Positions 19,076 through 27,089 of a DNA stretch of 64,000 nucleotides are shown in pieces. The notes below the pieces were generated by a model that did not search any database, had not been told where the DNA came from, and saw nothing but the letters and a program-made list of their open reading frames with translations. Within the stretch, counting starts at the first letter, position 1, and every line of letters begins with the position of its first letter. The DNA is from Bacteroidales bacterium. GTDB taxonomy: Bacteria > Bacteroidota > Bacteroidia > Bacteroidales > UBA12077. Location of the stretch: contig JAIORB010000068.1 in NCBI GenBank assembly GCA_021108325.1, positions 17,196 to 81,195 of the forward strand, read 5' to 3'. Position numbers and translations under genes: made by a program.

Positions 19076-20284
19076 TTATTTTTTGTTCTCAATTAAATCA
19101 ATTAATGCTTTTGCAAATAATTCTCCCTGTATTTCATAGCCGATTCTTTTAAAGTGTAATTTATCCTCACTGCATAATCCTTTTTTGTACCATTTGAGAA
19201 TTGAATTTTCGCCACCCATAATTGAATAAAAATCCCAAAAACTAAGTTGAAAATCATTACAAATTTTCAGAATATTATCTCTGACAAGAAGAATGTTGTT
19301 GTTCCTGAACTCTCTGTTTTTAAGATGATCATTTGGTGTTACAAGTATAATTGCAGCATTGGGACTGATGTCTTTTATCTGTAAAATCAAATCTTTTAAT
19401 ACATACTCATGCTCCAAGTTTGGTAAATTATCATCATAAGCCTCGTTTGTTCCCAATGAAATTATGATTAAATCAGGATTGATTATTGCTAAATGACGAG
19501 AAAAATAATCACACTTTAAATATGACTGTGCTGTTGCACTATTAACACCAATGGTATGGTAATTTATTTTTGATTTATCATTTTCGAAGATGATTCCATA
19601 TAACTCAAAAAAACTGCTGCTGTCGTTTATATTAATACTAACTAAAATAGAATCCGTCAGCTTATCTAACTGAACATCTGAATAACCGTTTTTTGAGATG
19701 ACTTTTTTGTCATTCACTTTTATGCTGATAGTACTATCTGTATTATGCAATATCTTTACTGAATTAAAAAAATATTTTTTTGGATAATCGTATTTTTTAT
19801 TTTTCATTTTAATACTGAAAAATGCAAGCGAATCATTCGTTCTAACAGTAATTCCCGACAACCCCAAGCTACAAGTTTTTTCAGCATCAATATTTTTACA
19901 CCATTCCCAATCTCCTGAATAATCAACTTTATAAAAAAAAGGATTGTTAGTTTGTGCTATTGTATAAGGGAAAATAAACCCGGGAGAAACAACGGTATCT
20001 TTTTCGGCATAAAACTGAAATAGTTTTTGTTTGATTTTTTCGGTTAAAAATCCCGCTTGCAAATGCGAATCGCCAATGTGAATTATATGAATAGGTTTAC
20101 TTTTATCTGAATTTAAATTCTTGAATTTATGAATCAAGGTATTAAAACTATCATTACCATTTGCTGAAATTAAATTGTCCTTACATTGAATAAATGGCAG
20201 GGTATCACATAAGCTTTGTCCCTTGGTAGAAACGGCAATGCTTAGAATTAGTGTTACAATTATACTAGTTCTCCAGATTTTCAT
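19076..20284 (-). CDS. SGNH/GDSL-type hydrolase or acyltransferase, exported
   Basis: Signal peptide. SGNH block I IHIGDSH, block III GTNEA, block V DKLHF. Confidence 0.7.
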   Translation of the reverse strand: MKIWRTSIIVTLILSIAVSTKGQSLCDTLPFIQCKDNLISANGNDSFNTLIHKFKNLNSDKSKPIHIIHIGDSHLQAGFLTEKIKQKLFQFYAEKDTVVSPGFIFPYTIAQTNNPFFYKVDYSGDWEWCKNIDAEKTCSLGLSGITVRTNDSLAFFSIKMKNKKYDYPKKYFFNSVKILHNTDSTISIKVNDKKVISKNGYSDVQLDKLTDSILVSININDSSSFFELYGIIFENDKSKINYHTIGVNSATAQSYLKCDYFSRHLAIINPDLIIISLGTNEAYDDNLPNLEHEYVLKDLILQIKDISPNAAIILVTPNDHLKNREFRNNNILLVRDNILKICNDFQLSFWDFYSIMGGENSILKWYKKGLCSEDKLHFKRIGYEIQGELFAKALIDLIENKK

Positions 20285-21821
20285 TTTTTGTTTTTTGATC
20301 CAGTTTTAAGTATTCATTATAATCGTGCATTAAAGCTTCGAAAAACATTTTGGAAATAACAACCGATCCTTTCCATGTGAAATGAGTAAAATCTGTTCTG
20401 GCCAATGCCGGAGAAGTATTTACCCACGCAGGCATAGAATTTTTTCCTCCCATTGCTTCGTACATATCCCAGAAAGCGCAATCAGCTTTAAATGCAGCAT
20501 TCCTTTGTGCTTCACGAATTTTTTCAATGTTAGGATATGATTCAAATCGTCCTTTGTTATTTCGTGACATATCTGAAACGCCAATAACAATAATGTTTAT
20601 ATCTGGTCTGAGTCCTTTCAGAGTTTTTAGTTGTTTATAGAATTGCTTTTCGTAATAAGAATAATCATTCCTTATGTAAGGAACCAAGTTTACTCCAAAC
20701 TGAAGTATAATAAGTTTGGTATTTAATTTTTGATACATTGATCGCAAAAAAGCGAGGTCAGTTTTTGTAAAATCAGTTCCACTGCTACCACGCAATGGAA
20801 TATTATCTACAGCAATACCAGAATGATCGTCCAGTGCAATACCATAAATATCAGGGCTGTCATCACCTTTAAAGCTAATTGTAATTTCATCCAGTGTACC
20901 ATCAATATTCCACGTTAAAGTATTTAATTGACGAGAAACAGGAATTAATTCGGCATCGAGGGTTTTATCTTTGTACTTTAATTCGGCAATAAAAGGACGT
21001 TCGTTATAACCATAAAATACTCTACACTGTTTGAATTTTCTTGTTCTTAAATATGTAATATTTGATTTTTTTAAATTTATTTCACCGGCACATAAAGTGT
21101 TTTCATAGTTATTAACAGGGGCAAATCGCCCAAAGCTCATTAAAGCGCCAAGTCTTTTATGATAAATGCTTCCATTTTTAATATTTTGTATGGTATATCT
21201 ATCCCAACTACCACTGAGTTTATGCTTCATTGAAATACTTGTGCCTTTTATTGGTACCGGAGAAAATAAACCAATACCCGAACCTCCGAATTGTTTTTGC
21301 AACTCATTTCGAATATAAGATGTTATTCGATCACCTTCGATTTGAGAATCGCCATAGTGTAATATTCGAATTAATTCACCCGAAGTTTTTAGTTTATGTA
21401 ATTGATTAAAGAATGGATATAGAACACTTTTGTTGCCATCCGGGTATTCAAGGAATTGTCGTATGGTTCCGGGTTGTTGAAGAGGCTCTTTGACAAATGT
21501 TGAATCAATATCATGAACTGAATCCTGAATAATTTCTGCTTTTAACGAGTCGGGTACTATATGTAAACTGTCAGCACCTATTTTAATTGAGTCAGAGATT
21601 ATCTCAGTAATGTTTTCTTCAATATCGGATTGGTGATATTTAAGTATTTCCGAAATATCAGCATATTTTGATTCGTCTGGAGTAAGAATATTTTTAATAT
21701 CAGGAAATCGCACAAGGATGTTGTTCCCCAAAAAGATACCGTCTTTAGGAAAAACAAACGAAAGCAAAGAAAGTACAAGAAAAATACTAATCAGAAAAAG
21801 TAAAATTTTGTAAGGTTTCAT
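20265..21821 (-). CDS. SGNH/GDSL-type hydrolase or acyltransferase, N-terminally membrane anchored
   Basis: N-terminal TM anchor. Block I LHYGDSQIEGD, FGVN block, block V DFTHFT. It overlaps the downstream SGNH gene by 20 nt. Confidence 0.65.
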   Translation of the reverse strand: MKPYKILLFLISIFLVLSLLSFVFPKDGIFLGNNILVRFPDIKNILTPDESKYADISEILKYHQSDIEENITEIISDSIKIGADSLHIVPDSLKAEIIQDSVHDIDSTFVKEPLQQPGTIRQFLEYPDGNKSVLYPFFNQLHKLKTSGELIRILHYGDSQIEGDRITSYIRNELQKQFGGSGIGLFSPVPIKGTSISMKHKLSGSWDRYTIQNIKNGSIYHKRLGALMSFGRFAPVNNYENTLCAGEINLKKSNITYLRTRKFKQCRVFYGYNERPFIAELKYKDKTLDAELIPVSRQLNTLTWNIDGTLDEITISFKGDDSPDIYGIALDDHSGIAVDNIPLRGSSGTDFTKTDLAFLRSMYQKLNTKLIILQFGVNLVPYIRNDYSYYEKQFYKQLKTLKGLRPDINIIVIGVSDMSRNNKGRFESYPNIEKIREAQRNAAFKADCAFWDMYEAMGGKNSMPAWVNTSPALARTDFTHFTWKGSVVISKMFFEALMHDYNEYLKLDQKTKNENLEN

Positions 21822-21874
21822 TTAGCTTGTACTTGAGTGCTTTTCAATTTGATTTCTAAATATATCAATATTTC

Positions 21875-21946
21875 TTTTAATTGAAAGATTTTATGCCTGA
21901 AGATTTTCAAAACAAAACTCTTCCAAAGTTTTAAACTTTGGAAGAG
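21875..21946. repeat. direct repeat copy A (about 65 bp shared with 26353..26418)
   Basis: ttttaattgaaagattttatgcctgaagattttcaaaacaaaactcttccaaag matches copy B at about 51/54, and weaker similarity continues for about 12 nt. Confidence 0.85.
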
Positions 21947-21948
21947 TT
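21908..21948 (-). terminator. intrinsic terminator of the TonB-receptor/kinase/LytTR operon
   Basis: 13-15-bp perfect stem (ctcttccaaagtt / aactttggaagag, loop tta), followed on the minus strand by TTGTTTTG. It lies about 55 nt after the regulator gene stop. Confidence 0.75.
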
Positions 21949-22000
21949 AATATAATGTACTTATATTTTAAAAGTACAAAGTAATTTCGTACAAACTAAC

Positions 22001-22768
22001 CTACTGTTCAAGCCATTCTCTGAACGATTTTGTTTTTGAACCTGAAACCAGAATTTCTTCACTGCTTTCTGGTTTAAGTTTTAGTTTAACTCTATAACTC
22101 GAAATAATTGAAATATCACTGATAGATTCGATATGAATCAGGAATTTTCTGTTTATCCTGAAAAAGAATCGGTTATTAACTTGTTTCTCAAGGGCATCAA
22201 GTGTGTCACCCATAGGGTATTTCCTGTCATTAAAGGTAACAAGATAAACGGCTTTATCCTTAGCAAAAAAATATGCAATATCTTTAGTTTTGATCGTTTT
22301 GAGTTTGTTTCCAAAGGATATTAAAAAACGCTTTTTTAAAGTTGGTTGCTCATCAGATTTGATATCTTGTATTAATGCATGATACTTGCCTGTCCTTATA
22401 CTTTCTTCCAATGTTTGTAATTTATTGATTGCTTGTGCTAATTCATTCTTTTTCAAAGGTTTTAGCAAATAATCGATACTATTTACTTTGAAAGCTTTTA
22501 AAGCAAATTCATCATATGCTGTTGTAAAAATAATAGGTGTATTGATATCAACCTGATCAAAAATATCAAATGAATATCCATCAGAGAGATTGATATCCAT
22601 AAAAATCAAATCAACCTGACTATGTTTAAAAAAATTAATGCTTTCTTTTATCGATGATAAAACACTTATGATTTTGAATTCAGGTGCTATCTCATTTAAT
22701 AAAACCTTCAGGCGTTCTGCGGCATATTTTTCATCTTCAATAATCAGGATATTCCTTATTTTATTCAT
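22001..22768 (-). CDS. LytTR-family response regulator
   Basis: Receiver domain (IIEDE, DLIFMDINLSDG) followed by a C-terminal LytTR DNA-binding domain (FFRINRKFLIHI). Confidence 0.85.
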   Translation of the reverse strand: MNKIRNILIIEDEKYAAERLKVLLNEIAPEFKIISVLSSIKESINFFKHSQVDLIFMDINLSDGYSFDIFDQVDINTPIIFTTAYDEFALKAFKVNSIDYLLKPLKKNELAQAINKLQTLEESIRTGKYHALIQDIKSDEQPTLKKRFLISFGNKLKTIKTKDIAYFFAKDKAVYLVTFNDRKYPMGDTLDALEKQVNNRFFFRINRKFLIHIESISDISIISSYRVKLKLKPESSEEILVSGSKTKSFREWLEQ

Positions 22769-23795
22769 TCAGCAAGGGTATTTTAACAATATATTCTTTA
22801 TCTATTTTTCCAAAGGAAAGCTGCTCATCGGTGAAATAGCCATACCTCTCAGTAATATTTTTTAAACCAAAACCATTAGATTTTTGTTTACTCCGCTTAG
22901 GCTGATAATTATTTGTGATAACTAGCCACTTACCTTCTGTTTTTATATTAATTTGAAGTTTGTTTGAATTATCTATAATGTTATGCTTTAGGGCATTCTC
23001 CACAATCAGCTGTAAACTTAACGAAGGAATTAATTTATTCATAACGTCTTGATGAATATCAATTTTATGGTTCAAGCTTTTGCCAAACCTTATTTTTTGC
23101 AAATTTAAATATGTTTTTAAAAATTCAATTTCTTCCTTTACACACACAAGTATATCATCGTTACTTTTCAGGATATAACGATAAACATCCGACAATCCAC
23201 TTGAATATTCTTCTGCTAATACCGGATTTATTCTGATAAGGGAACTAAGTGTATTTAAACTATTGAATAAAAAATGAGGTTTGATATTTGCTTTTAATGC
23301 TTCAAAACGGGCATTGGCTGTTTCTTTCTCTAATTTTTGAATATTTAACTGTGCCGTTTTCCATCCTTTAACAAATCCGGTAAAAATTATACCAGTAGTA
23401 ATAATAATTACAATTATGAACGTCGACTTTAATAATATGAAAAAATTAGTTTCTTCATGAACATTAAAAATTAGCTTTAAACAAAGTACTGTAATAGCCA
23501 TTATACTGAGTGAATAAGCGATAATGAAAATATATTCCAGTATTAATCGTTTAAGAATAGAGTTGCTCCATGGAAAACGTTTTTCCAGAATGGTATCAAT
23601 TTTAAAATTTCCAATAAAAATAAAATAAGTTGCCAAACCGTTTGTTGAAAGAGCTGATACTATATAATAGATTAACTCATTCTTTAATATCAATCCTTTG
23701 ATATAATAAACTATGATTCCTGCAATACTCATTAGCACTAAAAATGCTATAGCGTAAAAAATAATCTTCCTTTTTGTTCGTTTATCTGAATCCAT
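22761..23795 (-). CDS. LytS/YehU-type sensor histidine kinase with membrane-only input domain
   Basis: About 5 TM helices, H-box HFLFNSLNTLSSLI (His_kinase type), N-box ENALKHN. It overlaps the regulator gene by 8 nt. Confidence 0.8.
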   Translation of the reverse strand: MDSDKRTKRKIIFYAIAFLVLMSIAGIIVYYIKGLILKNELIYYIVSALSTNGLATYFIFIGNFKIDTILEKRFPWSNSILKRLILEYIFIIAYSLSIMAITVLCLKLIFNVHEETNFFILLKSTFIIVIIITTGIIFTGFVKGWKTAQLNIQKLEKETANARFEALKANIKPHFLFNSLNTLSSLIRINPVLAEEYSSGLSDVYRYILKSNDDILVCVKEEIEFLKTYLNLQKIRFGKSLNHKIDIHQDVMNKLIPSLSLQLIVENALKHNIIDNSNKLQINIKTEGKWLVITNNYQPKRSKQKSNGFGLKNITERYGYFTDEQLSFGKIDKEYIVKIPLLNE

Positions 23796-23834
23796 AATAA
23801 AAATGAGAGGGATTTGGCCCTCTCAAAGATAGTA

Positions 23835-26210
23835 TTAAAATACAATTCTATATGTCAGCATAGGTGACAAACCAGCCTGATAAATTGTGACTAACTCCCC
23901 GCTTTGAACATTATAACGCATCATAAAAGGGTTTTGGTAATTTGTCACATTTTTAATATCCAAAGCATATTCTTGGGAATACTTCTTTGAATTTGATTTA
24001 AAAGATATTTGAATATCCAGTCGCAAAAAATTATCCATACGTTCGGAAAATGCCCTGTCGTCATCGTAAACTGTTGTTCCTTGTAATTGCGATTCTTCAA
24101 TATCTATCGGAGTATATAATTTTCCTCCTGCAGTTACAAATTTCGAATTTATTCCAAAAAATTTATCTTCCTTTTTTCCAAACTGCCATTCTTTCCCAAT
24201 TAATGCATTGCATATATAGTTGCTGTTAAAAGCTGTATTTCTTTCAACTCCATCACTACCTTTATATTTTGAATCAAATAATGATGCGGTAAATAAATAA
24301 TATAAACCCTTGTGAAGGAATCTTTCCATTGTTAATTCTAATCCAATATTTTCGCCATCGCCACCATTCATTACATATTCAGACATTGTACTGGTAAAAG
24401 AGCCATCGTTTAAGCTGGAATAAGCACTTGGAGATTGATCAATAACAGCATCAAATATTTTTTGATAATAGGTTTCTACTTTTAATCGAGTTGATGTGGT
24501 TATATTCCAGTCATATCCTAATACGAAGTGATGGCTTTTAGTAAAGCCTAAATCTGTATTCGGAGTAATAATATCGCCATTCGATAATTCTACCTGTCTG
24601 AAAAAAACATATGTATTTGGTGTTGTGCTATGTAATCCATATCCGAAGCTTATTGCATGCTTACGGTATATGTTCCATTTCAAACCGGCCCTTGGTTCAA
24701 TAGCATATTCTTTGTTCAGGGTCATGTAAGGAATATTAACACCTGCATTAAATACCAAATTGTCTATTGGTTTAAACTGCCAGTGAACAAATGCTTGTAC
24801 TAAATATGTAGTTCCTTCATAGTTGCTTGTTATTTCATATCTATCCCATGAGCCTTGGTAAATGCTATCTGATAAACTCATGTTGGTTTGGCTTGCTCTA
24901 ATTCCTGTTTTAAAATTGTTTTTAACATTGATTTTTTTATGATATGAAAAGGATGCATTAAATTTTTGATCAATAAAACTTTGTCCATACCAATTAAATG
25001 GAGTGCCATCAATAGTACTAAGTGAATCAGTTGCATTAATGTTTTCCTGGAATGTTGCAGCAATATTGAACCGGGTGTAAGAAGTTTCATTGATCAGATA
25101 TTTATGGTTCAAACCAACAACACCTACTTTGTTTTTATTTATCGCATTATTCTCAAAATCGGCCCAATCGTAATAACTGTCATCATCTTCTCCATCTTCG
25201 CTTGATAAGAACTCTATATTGCTTATGCCACCTAAACCGAAGATGCTAAACGTACCCAATTTTTTAGTTGGCAGGTTCAATTTGAAAGTCAAATCCTGAT
25301 ATTCAGGAACACCGGTTCCTGTACCCAGGTCGATAATTTTACTCATAAGCGATAATACCGAATATCTGTAATTAATAATATATGATGAATGATTTTTTTT
25401 GGATATAGGGCCCTCAGCACCAACTTCAAAGCCACCCATTCCTATCATGGCCAAAAATTCATGCTGGTCATAATTTCCGTTTCGCATTTGGAGGTCAAAT
25501 ACTCCAGAAAGAGCATTGCCATATTCTGATGGAAATGCTCCTGTAAGGAAATCAGAATTTGCCAATACATTATTATTTAACATGCTTATAGGACCACCTG
25601 TGGCTCCATACTGACCGTAGTGATTTGGATTTGGGATATCGACACCTTCGAGCCTCCATAATAAACCATTAGGCGAATTTCCCCTGATAATTATGTCGTT
25701 AGATGAATCATCAATTCCCTGAACTCCTGCATAATTTGCAGCCATCCTTGCCACATCGCCAAAAGTACCGGCATACTTTTCACTTTCTTCAATCGAAAAT
25801 GTTCTGGCACTTACAGTAGTCATTTTGTTTATGGGCTTCGTTTTATCTCTTTGAAAAACAAATACTACTTCATCTACGCTCATTACTCTTTCTTCAAGTT
25901 CTATATTTAAAATGAGTTCTTTTCCCGAATGTAATAACACATTGCTTAATGTTTGCGAATGATAGCCCACATAGCTTACTTGTAAGGTAACCCGCCCTAC
26001 CTTTACATTAGGGATGGAAAAGTAACCTTCGGCATCGGTTGTTGTACCTAGTTGAGGTTTGGTGTCAGGGATTAAAATATTTGCACCGGGTAAAGGCGTC
26101 TGGGTTATTTTATCTATCACCCTTCCTTTGATAACTTGTACATATGACTGTGACATTATCTGACTATTCAGGATGATAATAAATGCAAGTAATAAATTAA
26201 TTTTTTTCAT
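23835..26210 (-). CDS. TonB-dependent-receptor-like outer-membrane beta-barrel with N-terminal carboxypeptidase-regulatory-like domain
   Basis: Signal peptide, CarboxypepD_reg-like GRVIDKITQTPLPGANILI, plug-like IIIRGNSPNG...LEGVDI, and a C-terminal aromatic residue (TYRIVF). Confidence 0.8.
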   Translation of the reverse strand: MKKINLLLAFIIILNSQIMSQSYVQVIKGRVIDKITQTPLPGANILIPDTKPQLGTTTDAEGYFSIPNVKVGRVTLQVSYVGYHSQTLSNVLLHSGKELILNIELEERVMSVDEVVFVFQRDKTKPINKMTTVSARTFSIEESEKYAGTFGDVARMAANYAGVQGIDDSSNDIIIRGNSPNGLLWRLEGVDIPNPNHYGQYGATGGPISMLNNNVLANSDFLTGAFPSEYGNALSGVFDLQMRNGNYDQHEFLAMIGMGGFEVGAEGPISKKNHSSYIINYRYSVLSLMSKIIDLGTGTGVPEYQDLTFKLNLPTKKLGTFSIFGLGGISNIEFLSSEDGEDDDSYYDWADFENNAINKNKVGVVGLNHKYLINETSYTRFNIAATFQENINATDSLSTIDGTPFNWYGQSFIDQKFNASFSYHKKINVKNNFKTGIRASQTNMSLSDSIYQGSWDRYEITSNYEGTTYLVQAFVHWQFKPIDNLVFNAGVNIPYMTLNKEYAIEPRAGLKWNIYRKHAISFGYGLHSTTPNTYVFFRQVELSNGDIITPNTDLGFTKSHHFVLGYDWNITTSTRLKVETYYQKIFDAVIDQSPSAYSSLNDGSFTSTMSEYVMNGGDGENIGLELTMERFLHKGLYYLFTASLFDSKYKGSDGVERNTAFNSNYICNALIGKEWQFGKKEDKFFGINSKFVTAGGKLYTPIDIEESQLQGTTVYDDDRAFSERMDNFLRLDIQISFKSNSKKYSQEYALDIKNVTNYQNPFMMRYNVQSGELVTIYQAGLSPMLTYRIVF

Positions 26211-26281
26211 CTTTTTAATTAATTTGGTTTGATGATGCTTCTACAAATTCAAAGCCAAATTAAATGATTTCAAAATGATTG

Positions 26282-26332
26282 AAGATGAATCATGTAAGTT
26301 ATAGGATGAAATGGAATAAATTAAAGATGAAC
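26282..26332. promoter_or_regulatory. three direct repeats A(A/G)GATGAA(T/A/C) spaced exactly 21 bp apart; candidate LytTR-regulator binding array
   Basis: AAGATGAAT at 26282, AGGATGAAA at 26303, AAGATGAAC at 26324. They lie 72-128 bp upstream of the TonB-receptor gene ATG (26210). Confidence 0.35.
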
Positions 26333-26352
26333 AAAAAAATGAATTTTTAGTA

Positions 26353-26418
26353 TTTTAATTGAAAGATTTTATGCTTGAAGATTTTAAAACAAAACTTTTC
26401 CAAAGAGTTTGAAACTTT
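26353..26418. repeat. direct repeat copy B
   Basis: ttttaattgaaagattttatgcttgaagattttaaaacaaaacttttccaaag. It keeps the left arm of the copy-A hairpin, but the right arm is absent. Confidence 0.85.
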
Positions 26419-26465
26419 ATTTTATTTAAATTCTTATTTTAGGATTCGAATTAAACCAGATTACT

Positions 26466-27002
26466 ATGAAAAAAGCACTGATTTTAAATGGTAGTCCACG
26501 TAAAAAAGGGAATACCAGTATTCTAGTGGAACACTTGGTTAAATTTTTACCAACAGATCAGGATATTAAAATTTCGTATTTATATGATTTTAACATAAAA
26601 CCTTGTTTGGATTGTCGTGCTTGTAAAAAAGGAGAATTGGTGTGTATATTAAAAGACGGAATGGAAGAGTTGTATTCCAGTATTGACGATTCAGATGTAA
26701 TGATTATAGGAACTCCAATATATTGGTTTGGACCAACTGCTCAAACTAAATTACTTTTAGACCGCTTCAGACCATATTATGTAAATAAAAAGCTTAATGG
26801 CAAGATAGCTGCACTCATTCTTCCTGCAGGATCAGGTGCTTCGGATTGTGATTTAACAATTGAAATGTTTAAACGATCTTTTGAGGCTCTGGGTGTTGAG
26901 TTTTTAGGAGCTGTTACTTCAGAATCTTATGATATTGGTGATGCTTACAAGGATAATGATGCGTTACAAAATATTGAAAAATTAGCAGAAACACTATCCT
27001 GA
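26466..27002 (+). CDS. iron-sulfur flavoprotein (Isf)-like / NADPH-dependent FMN reductase family
   Basis: Flavodoxin-like LILNGSPRKKGNT and a compact cysteine motif CLDCRACKKGELVC (C-x2-C-x2-C-x6-C). Confidence 0.7.
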   Translation: MKKALILNGSPRKKGNTSILVEHLVKFLPTDQDIKISYLYDFNIKPCLDCRACKKGELVCILKDGMEELYSSIDDSDVMIIGTPIYWFGPTAQTKLLLDRFRPYYVNKKLNGKIAALILPAGSGASDCDLTIEMFKRSFEALGVEFLGAVTSESYDIGDAYKDNDALQNIEKLAETLS

Positions 27003-27030
27003 AAAAAAATAACTTTTCGCTTAAAATAAC

Positions 27031-27063
27031 AAACATCCGAAGTTTTAATAAATTCGGATGTTT
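27031..27063. terminator. bidirectional intrinsic terminator
   Basis: 11-bp stem aaacatccgaa / ttcggatgttt between convergent genes, with T-rich flanks on both strands. Confidence 0.7.
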
Positions 27064-27089
27064 TATTTTGGATACAAAAAAATAAAAAT

